The notes under the pieces: generated by a model
Databases searched by the model: none
Told to the model about the DNA's origin: nothing
The model's input: the letters and a program-made list of their open reading frames with translations, nothing else
Made by a program: the position numbers and the translations under genes
DNA from: an uncultured candidate division Zixibacteria bacterium
GTDB taxonomy: Bacteria; Zixibacteria; MSB-5A5; UBA10806
Direction: 5' to 3'
NCBI GenBank assembly: GCA_963817915.1
Contig: CAWFQL010000007.1
Location: 1 to 61,148 of the forward strand
Length of the DNA stretch: 61,148 bases
Part shown: positions 41,210 to 51,026 of the stretch, in pieces
Layout: each line of letters opens with the position of its first letter
Position numbering within the stretch: the first letter of the stretch is position 1

Positions 41210-44110
41210 TTATTTTAGTAACATCATCTTTTTTATGTCAGATTTTCCATCAGCCGACAACCTGTAAAAATAAATTCCAGAAGATAGTTTAGAACAATCC
41301 CAGTTAATCTGTTGATTCCCTGAATCCATTTCGCCATCAGCCAAGACACCGACTTTCCTGCCCAATAAATCGAAGGCTTCTAATAAAACATGACTCTTGG
41401 CGGGGAGCACAAATGAGATTGTAGTGCGAGCATTAAACGGATTCGGGTAATTTTGAAGCAGAAAGTAATTCTCTGGAATTATCGAATTATCACGATCAAC
41501 AGATGTCATACTGGCATATTTGGCTAATGCTGCCGTGGCGTTGGTTTGAATATCATTCAAACTGGTGCCACCCAAAATGCCAAATGCCGCAACCACGGAC
41601 TGTTGTGGCGCGATATCATATGGTCCCGTAGTAATCATCATCGAATAATCAGCCGGGGTTATAAGAGCGGTATCGGCTATGCCAGCCGTCATGTAGCTCC
41701 ATTTATCCTGCAAAGTAAAACGGGGTGGATAAACTTCAGTCGTATTATCAAGAGCCTTAAATGACGATACGCCGAGGTCTGAAAGTACCTGCTGCCCTCG
41801 GTACACATTGCTATTGTATTGATATCCCAAATTCCTGCTTCTATCAAAATTGACATGATCGGTCGGGGCCGAATTGGGTATATCCCAATCCTGATAATGC
41901 GATACCAATAAACCGTTAATAGCCGAACTCGAAGTGTTACGAATAGTATACTCAATAATAATATAGTCATTATCCGGTGAAGCCGAAAACGCGAAAGATT
42001 TCTGGGTTACCTCAACTCCTAATGGATCGGCCGCATCTTGGTCACTAAAAATAGTATGGAATTCCTGGTCTGCAAATGGGCCTGGGATAAACGATTGAAT
42101 TGTATCGATTGGCTGGAAATCCTGTGGGATATTCTGGTCTTGGTCGCGGGCACAATTTGAAAGGCGGGTTGGACCGGTTCCGATGAGCAAAGCGCCTTCA
42201 TAGAGATTGTTAAGACCATTTCGAGGCATTTTGAACCCCTGCCCTTGCCAATTGGGATTAATACCACCCGGGTTAAGACCATATTGCGCAAAATTTGAAA
42301 TCGAAAACCCGACATTGCCAACATTATGTGTCGCTATTCTCAAAGGCGCAACACTGCCAATTTTTATAAGGATTTGGCTATTGCTCGTATACCCGCCCGA
42401 AGCGACTATATTCAATTGGAAAACAATTCTGCTCCCTACTGGAGCTGATGAAGATAAGGCAATCGTATATGGAGTTGCCGAAACTAATGTATCATTCTGA
42501 TTGATTGTGCCATAATAAGCCGAATCTTCCGTAATAGTAGCATATTGATTTTCAGTTGAAAGTACAGCCGCGATATTATTGGCAGAAACACCCGTATTTC
42601 TGATTTTTACAAATAGCGAAATTGTCTCTCCCGGGTCGGGAATATTGTCATTTTGATCGCTAATCCGAACTCCATCCGGCACCAGTCGCGGGAGATTATT
42701 TGCAGGAAGAAGATCCATCGCCGCACGAACATTAATTATTCCAAAGCCATAGCTATTATCTTCACCGGTATTTCCCAGATCATGTGCAGAATTCATCAAC
42801 GCCCATTTAATTGTATCAACTGAAGCATTCGGATTTACCTGTCTCAACAAAGCAACAGCCCCGGCAACGTGCGGACATGCCATGGATGTGCCGGACCAGC
42901 CGCCTTGATATGACCCGCCAGGGATCGAGGATCTAACATTTACTCCCGGAGCTACGACTTCAGGCTTTATAGTCACTCCGTCGCAATTGGACGGTCCCCT
43001 TGATGAAAATGAGGCGATTGGAAAATTGCCATTATTCCCATCTATAGCTCCAACTGCGAAACAATTATATGGTGTGGTGATTCTATTGGCTGGAACTCGG
43101 AGAGTTTGAGGTTCGGGCCCCTCGTTACCTGCCGCGAAAACCACTACGATTCCGGCGGCTTCGCAGTTATCGATTAAATTATAGTAATCGGGCGGACATT
43201 CGCTGGTTAGGATTCCCCATGAATTTGAAATTACGTCTGGCACATCGCTCATCGTATTCGGATCGCCATCGGGATCTACGGCCCATTGGAATGCCGAGGC
43301 AATATTGCCCCCAGTAACATCGACTGCTCGAGCCGCGATCCATTCGGCGTCGATTGCTACTCCGACGGTATCAGCGGTTGTAGTGCTTCTTCCGCAGATC
43401 GTCCCCATTGTATGAGTGCCATGTTGGCCCTCGTCATGAGGAAAATTGTTGCTTCTATCAGCCGTATCCAACCAGGATTCTCGTGCCGGATAACCATTAG
43501 CGCCGCGCCAGCTATGATTTAAGGCCGGATGCGAACCGTCTACTCCCGTATCGATATTGCAAACCAATCGGCCTCTTCCCGTAAATCCCAATGCCCACAT
43601 TTCGTTGGCTCGGATCGCCCTCACTCCAGCTTCAGTTCCTGCTATGATCGGGGGATTATCTGCGTTGTCATCTATAATAGGCTTAACCAATTCACCCTTG
43701 AAGTCCAAATAAATTCTTGCCACGTCACTTCTGGAGGCGAGACTTGTTATCTCGTCAGGAGTTAACTCGGCATAAATCATATTATTTATCCAAAAACCTT
43801 CGTAAGAGCCGACCGTATTTCTCAATTTCCCGTTGGCAAGATTCGCCATGATATCCGCCTGGCTTTCGGTGGCTTTTTCCTGTAATGCCGTAATAATCTC
43901 TAAATGCCGTTGAGCCAATGACGCCTGGGACATATCGAGTCGATGGCTAATCGATGCCACATCGACTTGATCCTTCATAAAAATGAGAACCGATATCTGA
44001 GCGTCGGATTTGGATTGATCAATTTTGTTGGCTAATTGGGGATCAATTTCCCCCCCATAAGCCAAAGAGAAAATTGACAAAACCACTACAAACAATTTCA
44101 CAATTCTCAT
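41210..44110 (-). CDS. secreted S8 subtilisin-like serine peptidase (bacillopeptidase F-like) with a C-terminal NYPNPFN domain
   Basis: Catalytic triad IDTG / HGTHTMG / GTSMACP, AAGN oxyanion motif, signal peptide and GGAGG RBS. Confidence 0.95.
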   Translation of the reverse strand: MRIVKLFVVVLSIFSLAYGGEIDPQLANKIDQSKSDAQISVLIFMKDQVDVASISHRLDMSQASLAQRHLEIITALQEKATESQADIMANLANGKLRNTVGSYEGFWINNMIYAELTPDEITSLASRSDVARIYLDFKGELVKPIIDDNADNPPIIAGTEAGVRAIRANEMWALGFTGRGRLVCNIDTGVDGSHPALNHSWRGANGYPARESWLDTADRSNNFPHDEGQHGTHTMGTICGRSTTTADTVGVAIDAEWIAARAVDVTGGNIASAFQWAVDPDGDPNTMSDVPDVISNSWGILTSECPPDYYNLIDNCEAAGIVVVFAAGNEGPEPQTLRVPANRITTPYNCFAVGAIDGNNGNFPIASFSSRGPSNCDGVTIKPEVVAPGVNVRSSIPGGSYQGGWSGTSMACPHVAGAVALLRQVNPNASVDTIKWALMNSAHDLGNTGEDNSYGFGIINVRAAMDLLPANNLPRLVPDGVRISDQNDNIPDPGETISLFVKIRNTGVSANNIAAVLSTENQYATITEDSAYYGTINQNDTLVSATPYTIALSSSAPVGSRIVFQLNIVASGGYTSNSQILIKIGSVAPLRIATHNVGNVGFSISNFAQYGLNPGGINPNWQGQGFKMPRNGLNNLYEGALLIGTGPTRLSNCARDQDQNIPQDFQPIDTIQSFIPGPFADQEFHTIFSDQDAADPLGVEVTQKSFAFSASPDNDYIIIEYTIRNTSSSAINGLLVSHYQDWDIPNSAPTDHVNFDRSRNLGYQYNSNVYRGQQVLSDLGVSSFKALDNTTEVYPPRFTLQDKWSYMTAGIADTALITPADYSMMITTGPYDIAPQQSVVAAFGILGGTSLNDIQTNATAALAKYASMTSVDRDNSIIPENYFLLQNYPNPFNARTTISFVLPAKSHVLLEAFDLLGRKVGVLADGEMDSGNQQINWDCSKLSSGIYFYRLSADGKSDIKKMMLLK

Positions 44111-44461
44111 CTAATCCTCCAGGAGTCATTGGATGTTACGGATCTTAACATTTCATTATGCGAAATATAAGAAATTTACCTGATTAAACAACAATTAAAT
44201 GCACTAAACCCGCTATGATTCATAAAAATAGGGGATTAAGATAGCTATGTATTTCAGGAAATTCTAAGGTAATTATTTCAATTTTTTTCATGATATTTCA
44301 CTAACATATAGACCCTTCCCCATGCTTTTAATTGCACAACTAATCATAATTATTTTTATCCGGTTGCATCGTGAAATCCGAAAATTGAACATGGTTCTAC
44401 TTGAAATATCCTCGATTCAGATGATTACTATTAAGAGTCGATTTCGGTGTCGGAGGAATAA

Positions 44462-46301
44462 ATGGCACGAAATCGATCACACAGTTTTTATCATAAAGTT
44501 CCCTTATGGATTATAATGGTATTTCAGATCATCGTATTTAATCTCGACTTGGCCAATGCTGGCTGGCGCGATGAAGCAAGGGTAAATACTGTAAGCGACG
44601 GTAAACAGGCCAGCCGCGGATCGGATTCTCCCTGGTCGATTGCGGTCGATCGCAATAATCGCGTGCATGTCGTATGGGAGGATCGAAGATACGGCGGCTC
44701 ATTAAGGATTTTCTATAGAGGCAAATATCCCGATCCCACCTGGTACGCGTGGGATGATAACGACCATGAAATTTCGCTGGTAGATACGGTTAATTTCTTC
44801 GGCCACCCGTCTATAACCGCCATGGCGAATGGTGAGCTATTATCTGTATATGCTGAAGAGACTAACGGATACGGAGAGCTGTTTGGGTCGGTGATGCTGA
44901 ATAATCCGGATTCCCTGATTGTCCCTCATTATGTATCGGAGCCCGGCGGGCATTCGCTGGCGTTTTCCTCGACCGGCTGGCAGACAACATTGGCAAATAG
45001 CGGAAATCGCACTATCGCGTTCTGGCCATATTCGGGAGATATTGGAACTCAGTCTCTTCCCGTATTTTATAGAATCTATGAAAATGCCGCGCCGGTGACT
45101 GGCGAACTAGAACTGACTCCGCTTCAATTGGGAGATCAATATAGCGGTCTTAATCTTTCGGCGGCGGGCGGATCAAATGGGCGCGTTTATCTCGTTGCCT
45201 CAGTCAGTTATATACAAAATCCGATATCGCATATTTACCTTTTCACTATCGATATTAACACCGGCGCTATTATTGATGCGGAAGACCTTACTCCCCTCTC
45301 CGAGATCAACTGCATATTTCCATATATCGCCGTAAAATCATCCGAAAATGGCCGCGATATTATCTATGTGACATATTCGATCGGTTCGATAATTGGTAAT
45401 TCGCAAGCGGTTTTTATTCATAATTCGAATGAATACTGGTCCGACCCGATTTTATTATCATCTGAAAATGAAACCGGCGGATTCCCATGTCTGGCAATTA
45501 ATGGCGATTATGTGGATTTCGTTTATGAATCACCCAATAATACGCCGAATAGCCAGATTTTTCACAGGCGATATGATCCTTCGGCCGATACTTTGTCCGA
45601 ACCTGTTCAGATTACGCATTCCGATTACTTCAGCAAAAGACCGGTGATCGCTACAGATGGTTTTGGAAATATCCATTTAATATCCATAACAAACCGAGAA
45701 CACCCCGCTCAATTTGGCGATGAAGAGGTTTATTATTGTATTTACGATGCGCCGCCATCGATGCCGACCGGTGTTGCATACGAAAACAAATTCAATACGC
45801 TTATCTGGAATCGAAATACAGAGCCCGATATTGCCTTATATGAAATCGAAATAGATAATAACGTCATCTATACTACGGCGGATACATCAATTTCGATGGG
45901 AGCGAATAATTTTGGATTGATCAAAGTCACCGCAATCGATTTGCAGGGACAAAAATCGCAACCGGCAATAATCGCGATACCTGATATTCCCGAACCTAAT
46001 CCTCAGCCGAACAATCTGCCCGCAATCAGCACATTGGGTCAATGCTATCCTAACCCGTTTAATTCATCGACTTTGATTCCAATTTCAGTCTCGCACGTCG
46101 CAAGCGCCTTGTTATTTGATAATCTACGATATCGCCGGCAGGGTCGTATATTCCAAGGGTCTTTATTCGCCCGGGAATTACGCTGTATCCTGGAATGGCC
46201 AAAATGTACAGGGGTATGGAGTCTCATCGGGTACTTATTTCTATCAGATAAAACATGCTGGCGTAACCTTGACAACCAGACGAATGATATTGCTACGTTG
46301 A
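44462..46301 (+). CDS. secreted beta-propeller-like protein with Fn3-like and FlgD-Ig C-terminal domains (frameshift near 46110)
   Basis: Repeats IAVDRNNRVHVVWED and IATDGFGNIHLI, WNRNTEPDIALY, and YPNPFN continuing in ORF 46116..46301 (IYDIAGR...WNG...SSGTYFY). Confidence 0.8.
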
Positions 46302-46353
46302 TCGGACATCTTTCCCAATATTTATTATCTTGACGATTCAAAATTAAGCTTGA

Positions 46354-46378
46354 GTAGGTCGGGTTTGAAAAACCCGAC
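46354..46378 (+). repeat. GTAG-type REP palindrome
   Basis: GTAGGTCGGGTTT-gaa-AAACCCGAC. Confidence 0.65.
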
Positions 46379-46401
46379 AAAAAATTAGGCCATGATTTTA
46401 T

Positions 46402-46430
46402 TTGAGTATTCCGCGGAATCACCCTATAAT
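46402..46430 (+). promoter_or_regulatory. sigma70 promoter, probably leaderless
   Basis: TTGAGT-N17-TATAAT, 7 nt before ATG 46438, with no SD. Confidence 0.6.
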
Positions 46431-46437
46431 AATCGCT

Positions 46438-47517
46438 ATGAAATTAAGACTGGTTGATGTGCGCAAGTATTACCCCAATGGCGCAGTCGGGGTTGACAAT
46501 ATTAATCTCGATGTCGATGACGGCCAGATGATCGTACTGCTAGGGCCATCGGGATGCGGTAAAACCACGTTATTGCGTCTGATTTCCGGGCTCGATGTAC
46601 CCGAAAAGGGTTCGATAGTCCTCGATGGCATCGATATCACTCATTGGACGCCCAAAAAGCGGGATATCGCCATGGTCTTCCAGAATTACGCATTATACCC
46701 TCATATGACAGTTAAGCAGAATCTCGAATTCGGCCTGAAATCGAGAAGAGTGCGCCGTTCGGAACGAAAAGAAGTGGTCAAATGGGCCGCCGGCATGTTG
46801 GGGCTTTCCGAATATCTCGGCAGGAAACCGAAAGAACTTTCGGGTGGTCAAAGACAGAGGGTCGCTCTGGGACGAGCCATAGTCCGCAAACCACAGCTCT
46901 ACTTATTCGATGAACCGTTATCCAACCTCGATACCGAACTTCGCATGCGCATGAGGGGTGAAATTTTATCGTTGCATAGAAGGGTTAATGGCACCTCGAT
47001 ATATGTCACTCACGATCAGGTGGAAGCGATGAGTCTGGCAGATTTGATTTTCATTATGAAAGAGGGCCGGATTATCTCATCCGGCACACCGAGAGATTTG
47101 TACGAAAACCCGCCCGATCTTTTTACGGCGGGATTCCTGGGGTTCCCATCGATGAACCTGCTCGAGGGTATGATAGCCGATGAATCGAATTTCGTATCAT
47201 CCAAGGGCTTGGCAATACCATTGGTCGATATTGAAGAAGGCAAAGCGGATAAACCGATTTATGAACGTAGAAAAAATTTGGTTTTAGGTATCCGCCCGGA
47301 GGATTTTCAGATATCATCTGAGGGTAAGGTGACAGGCGAGGTCGTCTCGGTAGAAAACTTGGGACGGAGCAGTCTTGTTCTGGTCAGGACCGAATCCGAT
47401 GATGGTATCAAGATCGTCGCCTTGGGCGATTATGAAATCGGTGAGAATATCAGATTCAACCCGCCAACCGATAGATTCTATCTTTTCGAAAAGGCTACAG
47501 GACGAAGGATTAGCTAA
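46438..47517 (+). CDS. carbohydrate ABC transporter ATP-binding protein (MalK/MsmX family)
   Basis: GPSGCGKT, MVFQNYALYPH, LSGGQRQR, DEPLSNLD, YVTHDQ and C-terminal GIRPE. Confidence 0.95.
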   Translation: MKLRLVDVRKYYPNGAVGVDNINLDVDDGQMIVLLGPSGCGKTTLLRLISGLDVPEKGSIVLDGIDITHWTPKKRDIAMVFQNYALYPHMTVKQNLEFGLKSRRVRRSERKEVVKWAAGMLGLSEYLGRKPKELSGGQRQRVALGRAIVRKPQLYLFDEPLSNLDTELRMRMRGEILSLHRRVNGTSIYVTHDQVEAMSLADLIFIMKEGRIISSGTPRDLYENPPDLFTAGFLGFPSMNLLEGMIADESNFVSSKGLAIPLVDIEEGKADKPIYERRKNLVLGIRPEDFQISSEGKVTGEVVSVENLGRSSLVLVRTESDDGIKIVALGDYEIGENIRFNPPTDRFYLFEKATGRRIS

Positions 47518-47540
47518 GATTTCAAAACCTGAGACGCCAG

Positions 47541-48418
47541 CTATCGTTCGTGTTTTATAACTTTATATCCCTTTATTGAGTCTGCAACGACTATCAAACC
47601 AAGCTCAATCAAGACCCACGTAGCGTTTTCGCCAGCAGGGTACATTTCCTCGCGAAAATCACCGCCCGGATAATCATGATCTGTTTCGACAATAACTTTA
47701 TATGTATCCGAAAGGGCCTAGGTCAAAATTGATATATCTGTTGAGTTATTATATCCAGACTAAAGCGGAAGCAGCAATTCCCCTTAGACTCGGATTTTTA
47801 AATCGGTCTTCAATAAAAATATATTTGCTGTTTGCTGATATAAAAAAATCAGGAGGATAGACTCCCCCCAATGCAGTCAATCCATTAATTTTCTTGATAA
47901 ATTGGAAATTGGCGGCATCAAATACATATGTCGATAGCATATTGGGGTCATCCCAGTATGACTTTTCCGAATCGTAATCTTAGCGGAAAACTATAATATA
48001 TTTACAATTGGGTGTAATGTATACTCCACCCAAAAGGCTATTGAGAGTATCTGCATTCAGCCGATAAATCGTCAGCATTTTTAAATCTATGACATGCCAT
48101 TCGGGCGTGAACCCTCCGCCATTCGGGGCATAGATTATTCTATCATGCACCGAATCTTCGATGAAACTACCTTCGTACATTATTGGAGTGTCAAATTCAT
48201 CTAATTCAATCTGTCCGATTGTCCTTGTTTGGCGAGTTTCAAAATTAAATATATTGACGGTAACAAGACGTTGATAGGTGCCACCATAGGATACAACTTT
48301 TGGATCGGAAATATTCACCACTTCATTTTTGCCTGATAATTTGGCGGCCGTTCGACTCTGCCGCAAGCGATACCGCGTACAATGCTATGGTCAAAAATAA
48401 TATCTTTGCCGAGCGCAT
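47541..48418 (-). pseudogene. chimeric remnant: exported beta-rich protein N-terminal part joined to the C-terminal third of a HEAT-like paralog
   Basis: Start MRSAKILFLTIALYAVSLA at 48418, several frameshifts and an in-frame TAG at 47718-47720. The tail ALSDTYKVIVETDHDYPGGDFREEMYP matches LLADKYSVIMRLDHDVPDGDFQQVIFP of 48441..49178. Confidence 0.65.
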
Positions 48419-48440
48419 AAGAGTCCTGTTACGCATAGTT

Positions 48441-49178
48441 TTATTTGTTTCTCTCAATAGTATAATTTCCGAGCGAATCGATTTTTACGATGAATCCGAT
48501 GCCCCTAAGCGCAGCCGCTGCCTGGTCTCGTACCGGGAAAATTACTTGCTGAAAATCTCCGTCGGGCACATCGTGATCCAAGCGCATAATCACGCTATAT
48601 TTATCTGCTAATAGGCTCTTAAATAATGTTGTATCAGCTGGATCTTTATTTGAAGCCAGCGCTCGCACTGCCATTGCGCGGAGTTGGCCATTACAATCTT
48701 CTGAAAGTAGAGATTTTATTTTACTCATAGCATCCCTGTCTTTCAAAAAGGCTAATGACAGCAATAGCCAATTTTGGAATTCGCCGGTTGAATTTTTAGC
48801 CCTTAGCTTTAACACTAGAGCCTCCGCGCCGCCCAGTCGTATTAATGCAAATACATATTGGCATTTAAGCATATCAGAAATTGTTGAATAAGATCCCGAT
48901 CTCATCTCTTTCGAAATAGGACTATCAAGTTCATTTTGAATCGCATCAAATAATGAATTGATAGCGCTGATAGTGTCGTTTTGTGATAAGGGGCAAATAT
49001 TTGACGCAGCTCCATATCTTTCTACCCACTCAGAAGAACTGAGATTCTGCCGGAATAGGTTTATATCAGTAATTTTATTCTGCGATGAGTCGGGAATGGT
49101 CGCGTATACTTTAGATGAAAACTGCGCGTTAACGGAACAAAATGCAAATAAGATTAGTAGACCTACAGCATTCCTCAC
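48441..49178 (-). CDS. exported HEAT-like repeat protein (paralog 1)
   Basis: Signal peptide, helical repeats ALIRLG / SLAFLKD / LRAMAVRAL / PVRDQAAAAL. Homologous to the next two genes. Confidence 0.8.
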   Translation of the reverse strand: MRNAVGLLILFAFCSVNAQFSSKVYATIPDSSQNKITDINLFRQNLSSSEWVERYGAASNICPLSQNDTISAINSLFDAIQNELDSPISKEMRSGSYSTISDMLKCQYVFALIRLGGAEALVLKLRAKNSTGEFQNWLLLSLAFLKDRDAMSKIKSLLSEDCNGQLRAMAVRALASNKDPADTTLFKSLLADKYSVIMRLDHDVPDGDFQQVIFPVRDQAAAALRGIGFIVKIDSLGNYTIERNK

Positions 49179-49200
49179 ATAGATTCCTTTTAATCAGTTT

Positions 49201-49263
49201 GGTCGGGTCTCCGTACCCGACGATAACTCCTGCGATGTGGCAGGTGCGGAGACCTGCCACCAC
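49201..49263. repeat. inverted REP pair (second copy at 50078-50139)
   Basis: GTCGGGTCTCCGTACCCGAC and GTGGCAGGTGCGGAGACCTGCCAC share the GGTCTCCGYACC core in opposite orientations. Confidence 0.75.
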
Positions 49264-49304
49264 AAGTTGATATTTTTTCCGAGCGCATAATGGCCCCTTT
49301 ACTA

Positions 49305-50006
49305 TTACTTTAAATACGGATTGCCTTCAGCATCGAGTGCCACTTTGTATCCCATTTTCAGCAATGCCCTTATAGCAGTTTCTCTCACCGGGCGTACCAC
49401 GGAATCAAGGGGCTGACCATCTTCTAAAAAAACATCCGTATGAACTATTACTATCGAAGTATCAGATAATGCCTGCCCAAATATCGGAATATCGGTTGAA
49501 TCAGCGTAAAAACTCAACGAAAAGATTGCGTGAGATCTAATGAATTGAGATGTATCCACCCTAGCCATGTTCTTTAGTTCGTTGTGCACGGAATCATCCT
49601 TTAGCCTGCCTAATGCAATAATCGACCACTTTTTTAAGTCACCGTCGGCACTATTCATAACCAATCGCAGTTTGGGAATTGCCGATTGACCTAACTTCGT
49701 TAAAGCGGACAGATATTGAACCATAAGCCTTTCGGAATTTGTCGCATACGACCCATGTATATATTGTGAGGAAGTCGGGCGGGCTACTTCCGATTTTATA
49801 ACATCGATAATAATATTAATGGCCATTGAAGTATCGAGGTTCGGTGTATTTATGATTTTTTCCGCCACTCCTTGACGATCAATCCAATTCGGCAATTGCA
49901 GCTTCGCCGCCAAACTATCTATGTTGTTTCCAATTGCAGGATTTGCCATAAACTGCCTTAATATCATGATCGAAAATATCGAAATTAATATCTTTGCCGT
50001 TCGCAT
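49305..50006 (-). CDS. exported HEAT-like repeat protein (paralog 2)
   Basis: Signal peptide MRTAKIL..., ALTKLG..AIPKL, IIALGRLKD, IRSHAIFSL and PVRETAIRAL. Confidence 0.85.
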   Translation of the reverse strand: MRTAKILISIFSIMILRQFMANPAIGNNIDSLAAKLQLPNWIDRQGVAEKIINTPNLDTSMAINIIIDVIKSEVARPTSSQYIHGSYATNSERLMVQYLSALTKLGQSAIPKLRLVMNSADGDLKKWSIIALGRLKDDSVHNELKNMARVDTSQFIRSHAIFSLSFYADSTDIPIFGQALSDTSIVIVHTDVFLEDGQPLDSVVRPVRETAIRALLKMGYKVALDAEGNPYLK

Positions 50007-50180
50007 TTTCCGCCTTGCTCGTATTCCCTAATTTTTTAACTATCCAAAAATCGTTTCAACAAGAATTTCGCGGTGTCGTCGGGTCTCCGTACCCGACGAT
50101 AACTCCCTCGATGTGGCAGGTGCGGAGACCTGCCACCACAAGTTGATATTTTTTCCGAGCGCATAATGGCCCCTTTACTA

Positions 50181-50882
50181 TTACTTTAAATACGGATTGC
50201 CTTCAGCATCGAGTGCCACTTTGTATCCCATTTTCAGCAATGCCCTTATAGCAGTTTCTCTCACCGGGCGTACCACGGAATCAAGGGGCTGACCATCTTC
50301 TAAATAAACATCCGTATGAACTATTACTATCGAAGTATCAGATAATGCCTGCCCAAATATCGGAATATCGGTTGAATCAGCGTAAAAACTCAATGAAAAG
50401 ATTGCGTGAGATCTAATGAATTGAGATGTATCCACCCTAGCCATGTTCTTTAGTTCGTTGTGCACGGAATCATCCTTCAGTATGCCTAACGCAATAATCG
50501 ACCACTTTTTTAAATCACCGTCGGCGCTATTCATAACCAATCGCAGTTTGGGAATTGCGGATTGACCTAACTTCGTTAAAGCGGACAAATATTGATCCAT
50601 AAGCAATTCGGAATTTGTCGCATACGATCCATGCATATATTGTGTGGAAGTCGGGCGGGCTACTTCCGATTTTATTACATCGACTAAGATGTTGATTGCT
50701 CTTGCGGTATCGAGGTTTGGGGTATTTATGATTTTTTCCGCTACTCCATAACGATCAATCCAATTTGGCATTTGCAGTTTCGCCGCCAAACTATCTATGT
50801 TGTTTCCAATTGCAGGATTTGCCACAAACTGCCCTAATATCATAATCGAAAATATCGAAAATAATATCTTTGCCTTTCGCAT
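50181..50882 (-). CDS. exported HEAT-like repeat protein (paralog 3)
   Basis: 16 substitutions out of 233 aa versus paralog 2 (manual count). Confidence 0.85.
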   Translation of the reverse strand: MRKAKILFSIFSIMILGQFVANPAIGNNIDSLAAKLQMPNWIDRYGVAEKIINTPNLDTARAINILVDVIKSEVARPTSTQYMHGSYATNSELLMDQYLSALTKLGQSAIPKLRLVMNSADGDLKKWSIIALGILKDDSVHNELKNMARVDTSQFIRSHAIFSLSFYADSTDIPIFGQALSDTSIVIVHTDVYLEDGQPLDSVVRPVRETAIRALLKMGYKVALDAEGNPYLK

Positions 50883-50991
50883 TTTCCGCCTTGCTAGTAT
50901 TTCCTAATTTTTTACTATCCTATTATCGTTTCAACAGGAATTATAAGAGTTACAATCCGAAAGGCAAGTAATTCCTCCATTTTTTAATCGC

Positions 50992-51020
50992 TTGACTCAA
51001 TCCCCGAAGTTTGGTAGCGT
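50992..51020 (+). promoter_or_regulatory. sigma70-like promoter, probably leaderless
   Basis: TTGACT-N17-TAGCGT, 6 nt before ATG 51027, with no SD. Confidence 0.45.
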
Positions 51021-51026
51021 AATTAT

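Larger units (their letters stand above)
49202..50942. repeat. 876-bp tandem direct duplication (REP pair + HEAT-like gene + upstream region)
   Basis: Units 49202-~50067 and 50078-~50942 are near-identical, and the ORFs are offset by exactly 876 bp. Confidence 0.95.

Noticed and set aside
47718..47720. TAG readthrough, pyrrolysine or alternative genetic code
   Set aside because: It is a single case in a fragmentary gene, and TAG serves as a normal stop elsewhere (pdxS, ferritin, M16).
49190..50180. Integron attC sites or CRISPR repeats between the HEAT-like genes
   Set aside because: No RYYYAAC...GTTRRRY boxes, no integrase and no repeat-spacer periodicity. The identity is explained by a tandem duplication containing REPs.
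49305..50882. DGR template/variable repeat pair
   Set aside because: Both copies are full genes, differences are not confined to adenines or a C-terminal segment, and no reverse transcriptase is present.
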